Source: Candidatus Omnitrophota bacterium
GTDB taxonomy: Bacteria > Omnitrophota > Gorgyraeia > Velamenicoccales > JABMQK01
Assembly: GCA_028711115.1 (NCBI GenBank)
Contig: JAQTSV010000001.1
Coordinates: 1,176,928 to 1,240,927, forward strand
DNA length: 64,000 bases
Direction: 5' to 3'
The translations under genes were made by a program, and so were the position numbers. Positions 1-10,330 of this stretch are shown here, piece by piece (positions within the stretch are counted from its first letter, which is position 1; each line of letters begins with the position of its first letter). The notes under the pieces were generated by a model. It was not told the origin of the DNA. It made no database searches and saw only the letters and a list, made by a program, of their open reading frames with translations.

Positions 1-69
1 TTCTTTGATATTCGCTAATCTGTTACCTAAGTTACTACCTATTGCTAGGTATGATGTAACCAGCGCCAT
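1..69 (-). CDS. folK: HPPK (2-amino-4-hydroxy-6-hydroxymethyldihydropteridine pyrophosphokinase), first 23 codons only; gene runs off the window start
   Basis: Minus-strand reading from the ATG at 69..67 gives MALVTSYLAIGSNLGNRLANIKE. The AIGSNLG(D/N)R motif is the N-terminal signature of HPPK. The ATG overlaps the dapL stop (TAATG). Absent from the ORF track because it is truncated. Confidence 0.55.
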   Translation of the reverse strand, partial: MALVTSYLAIGSNLGNRLANIKE

Positions 70-1244
70 TATTTTGTAAGGTTTCCCAGCCTTCCTACAG
101 CTTCTTTAATTCTCTCTACCGGAACCGTTAAAGCAAAACGGATATATCCTTCGCCGTGCTCACCGAAACCCACTCCCGGAGTCGCCACGACATTTGTTTT
201 ATCCAATAATGCTTTAGCTAATTCTATGGAACTGCCGAATCTTTTAGGAATTTTTGACCATAGATAAAAAGTGGCTTTGGGTAAATTAACATTAAACCCC
301 AGGGATTTTAATCCTTCGGCTAAAACATCGCGCCTTTCCTGATACATTCTGCGCATAGAATCAGCGAAAGAATCACCGGAATCTAAAGCCGCTACAGCAG
401 CTATCTGAATTGCCTGGAATATCCCGGAATCGATATTGGATTTTACTTTTGCCAATAAAGAAACCAATTGAGGATTCCCGCAGGCCCAGCCTACGCGCCA
501 ACCCGTCATATTGTATGTTTTGGAAAGCGAATGAAATTCTATGACGCAGTCTTTTGCGCCTTCAAATTCCAAAAGGCTTCTGGGTTTAAATCCGTCGAAA
601 TAAATCTCTGAATAAGCCAGGTCCGAAATAACGATAATATTATTTTTTAAGGCGAACTGGATTAATTCTTTATAGAATTCATCTGTCGCCACAGCTGCCG
701 TGGGATTATTGGGGTAATTGACAAAGATTATTTTTGAGTTTTTCAAAACTGTCTGCCGTATTCTTTTTAAATCCGGCAAAAAATTATTTTTTGACAATAA
801 AGGCAAAAGACAAATTTTCCCGCCGGCAAAAATAGTCCCGCCTTTGTAAGGAGGATAACACGGATCCGGCACCAAAGCGTAATCGCCTTTATTTAATACT
901 GCCAAAGGAAAATGCGCTATGCCTTCTTTTGAGCCAATCAAAGGAAGCACTTCATTATCCGGATTTAACCCTACGTTAAATCTTTTTTTATACCAGCGCG
1001 AAATCGATTCTCGTAAAACAGACATCCCCGCGTCCAAGGCGTAGCGGTGGTTAGATTTATCTTTGGCTGCTTCATAGAGTTTATCGACTATAAATTGAGG
1101 TGTTGCCTGGTCAGGATCGCCTATTCCCAAATCGATAATATCGCGGCCTTCCTGCCTTGCCTGCCTTTTTGCTTTATCTATTTCTACAAATAGATACGGC
1201 GGCAATTTATTTAACTTATCCGATTGGACTATTTTTATTGCCAT
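69..1244 (-). CDS. dapL: LL-diaminopimelate aminotransferase (DapL-type class I aminotransferase)
   Basis: 391 aa. The N-terminal KLPPYLF...IIDLGIGDPD pattern and the SLSKTYNMTGWR PLP-lysine region fit this family. It ends a dapB-dapA-dapF-lysA block with no dapD/dapC/dapE nearby. Confidence 0.75.
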   Translation of the reverse strand: MAIKIVQSDKLNKLPPYLFVEIDKAKRQARQEGRDIIDLGIGDPDQATPQFIVDKLYEAAKDKSNHRYALDAGMSVLRESISRWYKKRFNVGLNPDNEVLPLIGSKEGIAHFPLAVLNKGDYALVPDPCYPPYKGGTIFAGGKICLLPLLSKNNFLPDLKRIRQTVLKNSKIIFVNYPNNPTAAVATDEFYKELIQFALKNNIIVISDLAYSEIYFDGFKPRSLLEFEGAKDCVIEFHSLSKTYNMTGWRVGWACGNPQLVSLLAKVKSNIDSGIFQAIQIAAVAALDSGDSFADSMRRMYQERRDVLAEGLKSLGFNVNLPKATFYLWSKIPKRFGSSIELAKALLDKTNVVATPGVGFGEHGEGYIRFALTVPVERIKEAVGRLGNLTK

Positions 1245-1248
1245 AAAT

Positions 1249-1962
1249 TTACCTCAAAATATCCTGCGTGGAAAATAAACCTTTCTTTTTATGTATCACC
1301 CATTTTGCCGCGCTGAGAGCTCCTTTGGCAAATATATCGCGCGTCTTGGCAAAGTGGCTTATCTTAATCGTATCGAACTGGCTCTCGAATACAACTTCAT
1401 GGTCTCCTACGATTTCTCCCTCGCGGATGGATTTTATATCTTTAACCTGTTCTTTTCTTGCTTCTTCTATAATATCCGCGATTTTTTTGGCTGTCCCCGA
1501 CGGAGCATCCTTTTTATGCGCGTGATGCGCCTCTGTAATGCCCACTCTATAATCTTTGGATAATTTATTCGCTGCCTCTTCGATTAATTTAAACAATAAA
1601 TTCACTCCCAAAGACATATTCGGCGAAAGCACAATGGCTATCTCTTTAGAAGCTGACTCGATATCTTTTTTCTGTTCCGGCGATAATCCTGTGGTGCCGA
1701 TAACCATCGGCTTTTTATATTTGAGACAGATTTTCAAATGCTCCATGGTTGCCTCGGGAGTCGTAAACTCAACCAAAACGTCGGAGTTCTTTATCTCTTC
1801 GATATCATCTGTTACCTTGGCGCCGTTTACCTTTATACCTATATCAATGTGGCCTTTTCTTTCAAGCAGAGTAACAATCTTAAAATCTTTGTCTGCCTGC
1901 GCAACATTAATTATGCGCTGGCCCATCTTTCCTCTGGAACCGCTAATTGCTAATTTAATCAT
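1249..1962 (-). CDS. dapB: 4-hydroxy-tetrahydrodipicolinate reductase
   Basis: 237 aa. Has the GSRGKMGQ dinucleotide-binding start and the EAHHAHKKDAPSGTA signature. Confidence 0.9.
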   Translation of the reverse strand: MIKLAISGSRGKMGQRIINVAQADKDFKIVTLLERKGHIDIGIKVNGAKVTDDIEEIKNSDVLVEFTTPEATMEHLKICLKYKKPMVIGTTGLSPEQKKDIESASKEIAIVLSPNMSLGVNLLFKLIEEAANKLSKDYRVGITEAHHAHKKDAPSGTAKKIADIIEEARKEQVKDIKSIREGEIVGDHEVVFESQFDTIKISHFAKTRDIFAKGALSAAKWVIHKKKGLFSTQDILR

Positions 1963-2846
1963 TTCACCAACCCGTAGTCTTTTAATGCTTTTTTAAGCGC
2001 TGTTAAATTATCCTGGCTCATTGAGCATAAAGGAAGCCTCAATTCAGGCTCACACATACCTATTAAACCCATCGCTGTTTTTACAGGTATGGGATTTGTC
2101 TCGATAAATATCGCTTTTACCAAAGGAAGTATTTTATAATGAATCTCCTGCGCTTTTTTGATATTACCTTTCAGAAATTCATCAACCATAGTAGCCACGT
2201 CTTTGGGGATAATATTCGCCACTACAGAAATAATTCCGATTCCGCCAATCGCCATAACAGGCAAAGTCAGGCCATCGTCTCCGGAAATAAGCTGGAAATC
2301 CGACGGACACAAAGCTTTTATTCTGGCCATCTGTTCCAAATCCCCGGATGATTCTTTTACACCCACGATATTTTTGCAATCCTTTGCCAATTTTGCAATT
2401 GTATCAGGCAAAATATTTACGCCTGTGCGCGAGGCTATATTGTAAAGAATAATGGGAATATCCACTGCTTCGGCTATTGTCCTGAAATGTTCATACAAGC
2501 CTCTCTGCGTAGGTTTATTATAATATGGAGAAACCTGTAAAGACGCATCTGCGCCTGCTTGAGCTGCGTGTTTGGTCATAGTAATTGCCTCGGCTGTGGA
2601 ATTAGAACCGGTTCCGGCGATAATCGGGATTTTCCCGTTCGCCGCCTCAATACAAATCTCAATAACCCTGTCGTGCTCATCATAATCCAGCGTCGGAGAT
2701 TCGCCTGTTGTTCCGCAAGGAACAATTCCGCTTGTGCCATTATCAATGTGAAATTTAACCAATTTGCGCAAAGTCTCTTCATCGACTTTTTCATTTTTAA
2801 AAGGCGTGACTATCGCTACAATCGAACCTTTGAATATTTTAGGCAT
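1959..2846 (-). CDS. dapA: 4-hydroxy-tetrahydrodipicolinate synthase
   Basis: 295 aa. Has the CGTTGESPTL motif and the class I aldolase layout. There is a 4-nt overlap with dapB. Confidence 0.9.
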   Translation of the reverse strand: MPKIFKGSIVAIVTPFKNEKVDEETLRKLVKFHIDNGTSGIVPCGTTGESPTLDYDEHDRVIEICIEAANGKIPIIAGTGSNSTAEAITMTKHAAQAGADASLQVSPYYNKPTQRGLYEHFRTIAEAVDIPIILYNIASRTGVNILPDTIAKLAKDCKNIVGVKESSGDLEQMARIKALCPSDFQLISGDDGLTLPVMAIGGIGIISVVANIIPKDVATMVDEFLKGNIKKAQEIHYKILPLVKAIFIETNPIPVKTAMGLIGMCEPELRLPLCSMSQDNLTALKKALKDYGLVK

Positions 2847-3672
2847 AATATACTCCTTTATGGACTATTCTTGCTTTTCCTTCTAACCAGACATTTTTTA
2901 TTTTATCCCTCAACATCTCAAAACTTACTTTTAAAACTTCACCGGAAACAGTTTCCACATCGATATTAAATTTATCTTTTTTGGTTAAACCGCTATTTTT
3001 TAATTTCCGTGCATAAATAATTGCTCCGGCCACTGAACCGGTGCCGCAGGCTAATGTTTCCTCTTCTACGCCTCGCTCATATGTCCTTATCTTTAAGCTA
3101 TCTAATCCATCGGGTTCGATAAAATCCACATTGGTTCCCTGTGGTTTAAATTTATTATGAAACCTAATCAATCTGCCCAGAGAATAAACATTTATCTTCT
3201 CAAGACCTTCGCATAAAATTACTGCGTGCGGTACGCCAGTATTAATAAAATTAAATCTTAAGTTATATTTATTTAATTTAATCACTGAATCCAGCTTGAT
3301 ATTCCTGGGTTCGGTCATATTTATTCTTACATTATCTTTATTCGCCTGGGCATTTAAAATCCCTGCTTTGGTTTCAATATTAAACCGACTTCTGGCTTTA
3401 GCTGATTTTAGAAAATATGCAACACATCTTGCGCCATTACCGCACATCTCCGCCTCGGAACCGTCGGCATTGAATATGCGCATCTTTACGGTGGCTTTTC
3501 TTGATTTTTCCAAAACCAAGAGCCCGTCTGCGCCAATGCCTAACTTGCGGTTGCAGAACTGCCTGGCTGTTTCTTTCAGATTCAGGCGCATCTTTCGGAT
3601 CCTTAAATCCAAAAGCACAAAATCATTGCCGCTGGCAACTAATTTCACAAAAGATATTGTTTTATTTTTCAT
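2839..3672 (-). CDS. dapF: diaminopimelate epimerase
   Basis: 277 aa. Both catalytic Cys motifs are present (MCGNGARC and LACGTGS). Confidence 0.9.
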   Translation of the reverse strand: MKNKTISFVKLVASGNDFVLLDLRIRKMRLNLKETARQFCNRKLGIGADGLLVLEKSRKATVKMRIFNADGSEAEMCGNGARCVAYFLKSAKARSRFNIETKAGILNAQANKDNVRINMTEPRNIKLDSVIKLNKYNLRFNFINTGVPHAVILCEGLEKINVYSLGRLIRFHNKFKPQGTNVDFIEPDGLDSLKIRTYERGVEEETLACGTGSVAGAIIYARKLKNSGLTKKDKFNIDVETVSGEVLKVSFEMLRDKIKNVWLEGKARIVHKGVYYA

Positions 3673-3695
3673 AATCTCACCGAATAATTATAATT

Positions 3696-4952
3696 TTAAA
3701 TAAACCGCGGAATCTTTTCTTTTCTTACCAAATCAAGATAAGATTCTCTGGGTTTTATCACGGAATATTCGTTTCCTTTAACCAGAATTTCTGCGGCCCT
3801 GGGCCGTGAATTATAATTTGAACTCATACTGAAACCATAGGCACCGGAACACATTATGGCCACATATTCGCCTGCTTCTGTCTGCGGCATAATCCTGTCT
3901 TTGGCTAAAAAATCCCCGCTTTCGCAGATCGGCCCCACGATGTCGTATTTTTTCTGCCTTGATTTTGATTTTTTACGCAACGGCACAATCTCATGATAAG
4001 CATCATATAAACTGGGGCGGATTAAATCGCTCATTCCGGAATCTACGATGAGAAAATTCTTTAATTCAGTCTCTTTGACATAAGTCACCCTGGAGACTAA
4101 AATTCCGGCGCTGCCCACGATAAATCTGCCGGGCTCCAAAATAATTTTAAGCCCTGTATTTTTAAGCAAAGGGATAATCGCCCGGGCAAAGACATTGGCA
4201 GTCTGGGTTGTTTCTTTTTTATAAATGATGCCCATGCCGCCGCCGATATTCAAATATTCGAATTTAATCCCTGCGCTTTTCATTTCTTTGATAAACTCAC
4301 TTACCTTTGCCACAGCCTGGATATAAGGCCTGGCCTCTGTTATCTGCGAGCCGATATGAATGTGCAGACCTTTTATATTCACATTGAAAAATCTCTCCCT
4401 GTTTAGCAGAAGAAGCCTGGCAGCGGAAAAACTTAAACCGAACTTGCTCTCTTTCTGTGCTGTTTTTATATAACGGTGCGTGTGCGGATCAACTTCGGGA
4501 TTTATCCTCAAACAGACATTTACGGTTCTTCTTAATTTGATGGCGAGTTCCTGAATACTCTCCATCTCTGCCTCTGACTCAACATTAAAAAATAAAATCC
4601 CGGATTTTATGGCATAAGTTATCTCTTCGTCGGTTTTTCCCACACCAGCAAATACTATTTTCTTTGGGTTAGTCCTGATTTTTAACGCCCTGTATAATTC
4701 TCCGCCTGAGACAATATCCAGCCCTGCGCCTGCATTAACCAGTGCTTTGCAGATGGCGAGGTTAGAATTGGCTTTCACGGAATAACAAATCAAAGGATTT
4801 ATTTCTTTGAAGGCAGCCTGAAGCTTTCTGAAATGCTCAATCAAAGTGCGATAGCTATACACATAGCAAGGCGAGCCGAATTTCTCCACAATATCGCTCA
4901 CTCTGACTTCTTCGCAATACAGATTGTTAGTTTTGTAGTTAAAATAATGCAT
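3696..4952 (-). CDS. lysA: diaminopimelate decarboxylase
   Basis: 418 aa. Fold-III PLP decarboxylase motifs are present: YSVKAN, HIHIGSQ, GGGMG and CESGD. Confidence 0.9.
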   Translation of the reverse strand: MHYFNYKTNNLYCEEVRVSDIVEKFGSPCYVYSYRTLIEHFRKLQAAFKEINPLICYSVKANSNLAICKALVNAGAGLDIVSGGELYRALKIRTNPKKIVFAGVGKTDEEITYAIKSGILFFNVESEAEMESIQELAIKLRRTVNVCLRINPEVDPHTHRYIKTAQKESKFGLSFSAARLLLLNRERFFNVNIKGLHIHIGSQITEARPYIQAVAKVSEFIKEMKSAGIKFEYLNIGGGMGIIYKKETTQTANVFARAIIPLLKNTGLKIILEPGRFIVGSAGILVSRVTYVKETELKNFLIVDSGMSDLIRPSLYDAYHEIVPLRKKSKSRQKKYDIVGPICESGDFLAKDRIMPQTEAGEYVAIMCSGAYGFSMSSNYNSRPRAAEILVKGNEYSVIKPRESYLDLVRKEKIPRFI

Positions 4953-4956
4953 AAAA

Positions 4957-6159
4957 TTATTTTCCTCTTAATTCTTTACCTATTTTATCGTGGGCTTGTC
5001 TAAACGGCATTCCTTTCAAAACCAATTCTTTTGCCCTATCCACAGAATACAAATTTTTATCTTTTAAAGCTTCCTTGACAACTAATTCATTTAACTTTAC
5101 GCCTTTTATAAACTTCGACATTATCGCTATTTCATCTTTTACTATCTCTACCGAAGAAAATAAAGGCTCCTTATCGAGCTGCATGTCTCTATTATAAGTC
5201 AAAGGCAACCCCTTCATCGTCGTCAAAATAGAAATAAGGTTTCCATATATTCTTCCGGTATAGCCTCTGACAAGTTCCAGGAAGTCCGGGTTCTTTTTAT
5301 GAGGCATTAAGCTACTTCCGGTACAAAATTCTTCGGGCAGTTCCATAAAACCGAATTCCTTCGTTGAATAAAGGATAAAATCTTCTGACAACCTGGATAA
5401 ATGCATCTGTATAATAGACAAAATGCTTAAGAGTTCAATAATGAAATCCCTGTCGCTGACATCGTCAATTGTGTTTTCAGATGGTTTTATAAATGCATTG
5501 CTACCTTTTAGATATTCTTTTATCGCCTTGCCATAATCCTCTTTTTTAATATTTCTCAACAAAGCGCCTGCCCCAATATGAACCTCTAAATTCTTTAAGA
5601 AATTATTTAGTCTTTTCTTATCTCTTTCAAACATGCAATAAAATGCACATAAATAATCCTTAAAATTTATCTTCTGCGCTCGTTGAGTATGCGTGTAACC
5701 TACAACGGAAACATTCTTATATTTATTTTCCAGAATCACAATAGATTTCAATAAATTTTCTAAGAGATTTCCGACATTTTTACATTCAACATGGCAATAA
5801 AACTTTTCATCAAAAGCAACCTGGTCGTTTCTCGATCTTAAGGTATGGAGTTTAAGCGCCAATTTTCCTATTTTTTTCTCAATTTTATTTTGAATGTCTG
5901 TATGGATATCCTCAGAGCCACTTTCATACTTAAACTTATTTTGCTTTATTTCATTTCCAATCTTTTTTAAAGCTCCGATAAGTTTTGTTTTTTCTTTTGG
6001 TTTAAGGATACCTGTCTTTCCTAAAGCTAAGGCATGTATTAAAGAATGGGCTATATCGTATCCTGCCAGCTTATAGTCATACTGAATGGATTTCTGGAAT
6101 TCAAAGAAATCCTTATCAATTTCTTTCTTAAATCTTCCGCCCCATAATTTTTTAGCCAT
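4957..6159 (-). CDS. argH: argininosuccinate lyase (short form, about 400 aa)
   Basis: Has the WGGRF start and the fumarate-lyase signature GSSLMPHKKNP. It ends soon after the PFRQAH region, so it lacks roughly the last 60 aa of typical ArgH. Confidence 0.85.
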   Translation of the reverse strand: MAKKLWGGRFKKEIDKDFFEFQKSIQYDYKLAGYDIAHSLIHALALGKTGILKPKEKTKLIGALKKIGNEIKQNKFKYESGSEDIHTDIQNKIEKKIGKLALKLHTLRSRNDQVAFDEKFYCHVECKNVGNLLENLLKSIVILENKYKNVSVVGYTHTQRAQKINFKDYLCAFYCMFERDKKRLNNFLKNLEVHIGAGALLRNIKKEDYGKAIKEYLKGSNAFIKPSENTIDDVSDRDFIIELLSILSIIQMHLSRLSEDFILYSTKEFGFMELPEEFCTGSSLMPHKKNPDFLELVRGYTGRIYGNLISILTTMKGLPLTYNRDMQLDKEPLFSSVEIVKDEIAIMSKFIKGVKLNELVVKEALKDKNLYSVDRAKELVLKGMPFRQAHDKIGKELRGK

Positions 6160-6176
6160 GATTACCTCTCTTTAAA

Positions 6177-7346
6177 TTATTTCAAATACGGTTTTGCCCA
6201 ATTTTTAATAAAACTCTCAGCTTTGGAATGATCGAACTTATCTCCCTTGCCGTAAGTTGCCAATTCTTTTTTGTATAGAGAATAAGGCGATTTTCTGCCT
6301 ACGCAGGCAAATCCGCCCTTAAATAGTTTAAATCTGGCAACGCCCGTAACTTTTTTCTGCGTTTCATTTATAAAATTATCCAGTTTTTTCTTTTGCGGCG
6401 TAAACCATAAGCCATAATAAATAATATCTGCATAATCCAAAGCAACTTTTTGTTTTTTGTGCGCGGTTTCCCTATCTAAGACTAAACTTTCGATTTCTTT
6501 GTGCGCGGAAATCAAAATATGCGCTGCCGGCGCCTCGTAAATTTCCCTCGATTTTATTCCGATTAATCTATTTTCCACTAAATCCGTCCTGCCAATGCCA
6601 TAAGCGCCTGCGATTTTATTTAATTTCTTAATTAAATCCATAACAGGATATTTCTTTCCGTTAATCTCAACAGGAACGCCGGCCTTAAAACCAATTGTCA
6701 AATAAGTTGGCTTTGACTTGGCATTCGCAAGAGACTTTGTAATCCTGTAAGCATCCGACGGCGGCTCTACCCAGGGATCTTCCAAAGCTCCACACTCAAT
6801 ACTTATTCCCCAGATATTCTCATCGATACTGTAAACTTTCTTCTTGGTGACATCTGTGGGAATCTTATGTTTTGCCAGATATTTAAGCTCTTCTTCCCTT
6901 GTTTTGAATTCCCAGAATCTTAAAGGAGCGATTATCTTTAATTTTTTGTCCAAAATCATGGAGCTTACTTCAATTCTAACCTGGTCATTTCCTTTTCCCG
7001 TGCAGCCGTGGGCGATATACTGGGCTTTTTCTTTATGCGCCACATCGACCAAATATTTTGCGATTAAGGGCCTGCCCAGCGCCGTAGCCAGAGTGTATTT
7101 TTCTTCATAAATAGCGTTTGCCTTTAATGACGGTAAAATATAATCTTTTATGAATTCCTGCCTTAAATCTTTAATATAAATTTTGGACGCGCCTGCGATT
7201 TTCGCCCTTTTCTTTGCCGGCGCAAAATCATGGGGCTGGCCTAAATCCGCCATAAAGCAGACGACTTTAAAACCTCTGTCAGCGAACCACTTCACGCAAC
7301 AAGTCGTATCCAGCCCGCCGGAATATGCCAAAACTACCTTCTTCAC
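6177..7346 (-). CDS. argG: argininosuccinate synthase
   Basis: 389 aa. Has the AYSGGLDTT ATP-pyrophosphatase motif and the AHGCTGKGNDQVR motif. Confidence 0.92.
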   Translation of the reverse strand: MKKVVLAYSGGLDTTCCVKWFADRGFKVVCFMADLGQPHDFAPAKKRAKIAGASKIYIKDLRQEFIKDYILPSLKANAIYEEKYTLATALGRPLIAKYLVDVAHKEKAQYIAHGCTGKGNDQVRIEVSSMILDKKLKIIAPLRFWEFKTREEELKYLAKHKIPTDVTKKKVYSIDENIWGISIECGALEDPWVEPPSDAYRITKSLANAKSKPTYLTIGFKAGVPVEINGKKYPVMDLIKKLNKIAGAYGIGRTDLVENRLIGIKSREIYEAPAAHILISAHKEIESLVLDRETAHKKQKVALDYADIIYYGLWFTPQKKKLDNFINETQKKVTGVARFKLFKGGFACVGRKSPYSLYKKELATYGKGDKFDHSKAESFIKNWAKPYLK

Positions 7347-8266
7347 TTATGACCTCCCAATAACATCAATAAAATCGCCTTCTGAATATGTAATCTGTTT
7401 TCCGCCTGGTCAAAGACAATGGAATTCGGGCTATCCATTACCTCGTCGGTAATTTCCAACCCCCTGTGCGCAGGAAGACAATGCATAATTAATACCGAAG
7501 GTTTCGCCAAGGCCACCAATCTTCTATTCACCTGAAATTTTCCGAAAATCATCTTTCTCTTCCATGCTTCTTTTTCCTTACCCATACTCGCCCAGACATC
7601 GGTGTAGATAACATCGCTATTCTTTACTGCATCGTTGGGGTTATTGAACAAAGAAATCTTCGCCCCTGTCTTCTTGGCAATCTCCAGCGCATCATCTACA
7701 ATTTCCTTATTCGGCCCGTATCTTTTGGGCGTGCCGATTTTAAAATTCATTCCTGTTTTGGACGCGGCATAAAGAAGGCAATTGCAGACATTATTGCCGT
7801 CGCCCACATAACTCAATGTAACATCCTTTAATTTCCCCAATTTTTCATTTATGGTGAATATATCAGATAAGGCCTGGCAAGGATGCAGTAAATCGCTTAA
7901 GCCGTTGATTACTGGTATGCTCGCATATTTGGCGACTTCCAAAACAATATCATGGCCGAATGTCCTTAGGATAATTGCGTCTAAATACCGGGAAAGCGTC
8001 TTGGATATGTCGGCGATGGATTCCCTTACGCCGGGATTTATATCCTCAGGCTTAAGGTATATGGCATTGCCTCCCAATTGAGAAATTCCTACTTCGAAAG
8101 AAACCCTAGTCCTATTGGAAGGCTTCTGGAAAATCAGCGCAACCGATTTTCCTTTAAGCGCGCCGAAAAATTTCAATCTGTCCTTCTTTAACTCTTTGGC
8201 TAAGGAAAAAACAGTTTCAATTTCCTGCGTGCTTAAATCCTTAATGGAAACAAAATCTTTTTTCAT
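7343..8266 (-). CDS. argF: ornithine carbamoyltransferase
   Basis: 307 aa. Has the SNRTRVSFE carbamoyl-phosphate motif, plus HPCQ and HCLPAHRG. Confidence 0.9.
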   Translation of the reverse strand: MKKDFVSIKDLSTQEIETVFSLAKELKKDRLKFFGALKGKSVALIFQKPSNRTRVSFEVGISQLGGNAIYLKPEDINPGVRESIADISKTLSRYLDAIILRTFGHDIVLEVAKYASIPVINGLSDLLHPCQALSDIFTINEKLGKLKDVTLSYVGDGNNVCNCLLYAASKTGMNFKIGTPKRYGPNKEIVDDALEIAKKTGAKISLFNNPNDAVKNSDVIYTDVWASMGKEKEAWKRKMIFGKFQVNRRLVALAKPSVLIMHCLPAHRGLEITDEVMDSPNSIVFDQAENRLHIQKAILLMLLGGHK

Positions 8267-8280
8267 ATTATCCCGCCTGT

Positions 8281-9462
8281 TTAGGAAAATTTTAACAATA
8301 CTTTTTCTAAAATATGCAGCGCCTTATCTGCCTGTTTTCTTGTGACGTTTAATGCAGGCATAAGCCTTAGCACTGTATTGTGAGTACAGTTAATAACCAA
8401 ACCTCTGTTCAGACACTCCTCAGTGATAGCTTTGCCTTCGATATTTAACTCAATGCCTATCATCAAACCAATGCCTCTTACTGTCTTTATAATTTTACAT
8501 CTTGCCTTCAATGCATCCAGCCGCTCAAAAATATAAGCAGACATCTTCTGTGCATTCTTAAGCATATGTTCTTTTTGGATTGCTCTTAAAACCCCCAGGG
8601 CTGCTTTACAGATAACAAGCCCGCCGCCAAAAGTAGAGGCATGCATGCCGGGCTTGAATGTATCGGCTATTTTTTTCTTTACAATCATAGCACCTATCGG
8701 CAAACCACCGCCCAAAGCCTTTGCCAATGTAATTATATCCGGCTCTATACCGTAGTGTTGGAAAGCAAACATTTTTCCGGTCCGTCCAATTCCTGTCTGC
8801 ACTTCATCTATAATCATAAGAATATTCTTCTTGTCGCAAATTTCCCGGATCTTATAAACATATGCCCTGTCAGCTACATTGATACCGCCCTCGCCCTGAA
8901 CCAGTTCCAGCATAATCGCTATAGTCTTATCGGAAATAGTTTTTTCTAACGCTGGCCAGCTGTTAAACTTTATTACCTTAAATCCTTCGGGTAAAGGCGC
9001 AAAACCTTCCTGGTATTTTTTCTGACCGGTTGCCGCCAAAGAACCTAAAGTTCTTCCGTGGAAAGAATTTTCAAATGTAATAATCTCAAACCTCTCGCCT
9101 TTGCCATAAGCCCTGGCGAATTTAATTGCCGCTTCATTTGCCTCTGTGCCGGAATTACAGAAAAACACTTTGCCGGGAAATGCCTGATAAATCAGTTCTC
9201 TGGCCAACTTCGCCTGTTGTGTGTGATAAAAATTATTCGGGATATGGATTAGCTTTGAAACCTGATCCCTGATTGCAGACATCACCCTGGGATGGCAATG
9301 CCCCACATTGCTTACGCCCCAGCCAGGGAAAAAATCCAGATATTTCTTTCCGTCGATATCTACAAGCGTCATACCTTTACCTTTGACAAATATTCTAGGC
9401 TGCCGCGTATATGTATTTAAAATACAATCCTGGTAAATCTGAAATACGTCCTGTTTCTTCAT
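8281..9462 (-). CDS. argD: acetylornithine aminotransferase
   Basis: 393 aa. Class III aminotransferase with IIDEVQTGIGRTG and the LAKALGGG PLP-Lys region. Lies within the arg operon. Confidence 0.88.
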   Translation of the reverse strand: MKKQDVFQIYQDCILNTYTRQPRIFVKGKGMTLVDIDGKKYLDFFPGWGVSNVGHCHPRVMSAIRDQVSKLIHIPNNFYHTQQAKLARELIYQAFPGKVFFCNSGTEANEAAIKFARAYGKGERFEIITFENSFHGRTLGSLAATGQKKYQEGFAPLPEGFKVIKFNSWPALEKTISDKTIAIMLELVQGEGGINVADRAYVYKIREICDKKNILMIIDEVQTGIGRTGKMFAFQHYGIEPDIITLAKALGGGLPIGAMIVKKKIADTFKPGMHASTFGGGLVICKAALGVLRAIQKEHMLKNAQKMSAYIFERLDALKARCKIIKTVRGIGLMIGIELNIEGKAITEECLNRGLVINCTHNTVLRLMPALNVTRKQADKALHILEKVLLKFS

Positions 9463-9463
9463 T

Positions 9464-10318
9464 TTATCTTGCTATCTCCGTGCCGATTCCCTTGTCTGTA
9501 AATATTTCCAATAATAATGCGTGAGGTATTTTTGCATCGATGATATGGGCTTTTTTCACTCCGCCGTCGATGGCCCTAAAACACGCCTCTATCTTGGGAA
9601 TCATACCTTCCTGAATAACTTTCTCCTTAATAAGCTGTTTGGCTTCATCTTCTCTGATGCTGGCTAACAAAGAATTAGGCTCTTCCATATTTCTCATAAT
9701 TCCTTTTACATTTGTCAGTAACACAAACTTAATCGCGCCCAGGGCAGAGGCCACAAAAGAAGCGACCTCGTCGGCATTGATATTATAAGTCACGCCGTTT
9801 GCATCTTTTCCCATCGGGCCTATGACCGGGATGACATGATTGGATATGTCTTTCAAAATCTGCTCAGTATCAAGCCCCGTCGCCTTACCCACTAAACCCA
9901 AATCCACTTTTGATTTCTTTTTTTCAGCTGTAAGAATACAATTTTTGCTGGCAGTAAAACTTTTGGCTTTCCCTCCGAGCTCTTCTAATTCCCTGACAAT
10001 CTTTTTATTCAATACATCTAACTCTTCTTCCACTATTTTTAGTGTTTCTTTATCGGTAACCCTCATCCCTTCGACAAAATCGGTCTTTTTGCCAGATTTG
10101 CGCATCCTGTCGGAAATATTCGGGCCGCCACCGTGCACTAACACCGGTCTTAAACCCATATAACTTAAGAATACAATGTCTTCCAAAACGCCTTTCCTCA
10201 CTCTGTCTTCGCCCAAGATGCTTCCGCCGTATTTAATGACGGTAACCTTTTTATGAAATGACTTTATATAAGGCAAAGCCTCAATCAATACATCCGCTTT
10301 CCTGATTGCTTCTTCCAT
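9464..10318 (-). CDS. argB: acetylglutamate kinase
   Basis: 284 aa. Amino-acid kinase family with VIKYGG, LVHGGGP and YNINAD. Confidence 0.9.
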   Translation of the reverse strand: MEEAIRKADVLIEALPYIKSFHKKVTVIKYGGSILGEDRVRKGVLEDIVFLSYMGLRPVLVHGGGPNISDRMRKSGKKTDFVEGMRVTDKETLKIVEEELDVLNKKIVRELEELGGKAKSFTASKNCILTAEKKKSKVDLGLVGKATGLDTEQILKDISNHVIPVIGPMGKDANGVTYNINADEVASFVASALGAIKFVLLTNVKGIMRNMEEPNSLLASIREDEAKQLIKEKVIQEGMIPKIEACFRAIDGGVKKAHIIDAKIPHALLLEIFTDKGIGTEIAR

Positions 10319-10330
10319 TTGAACCTCTCT

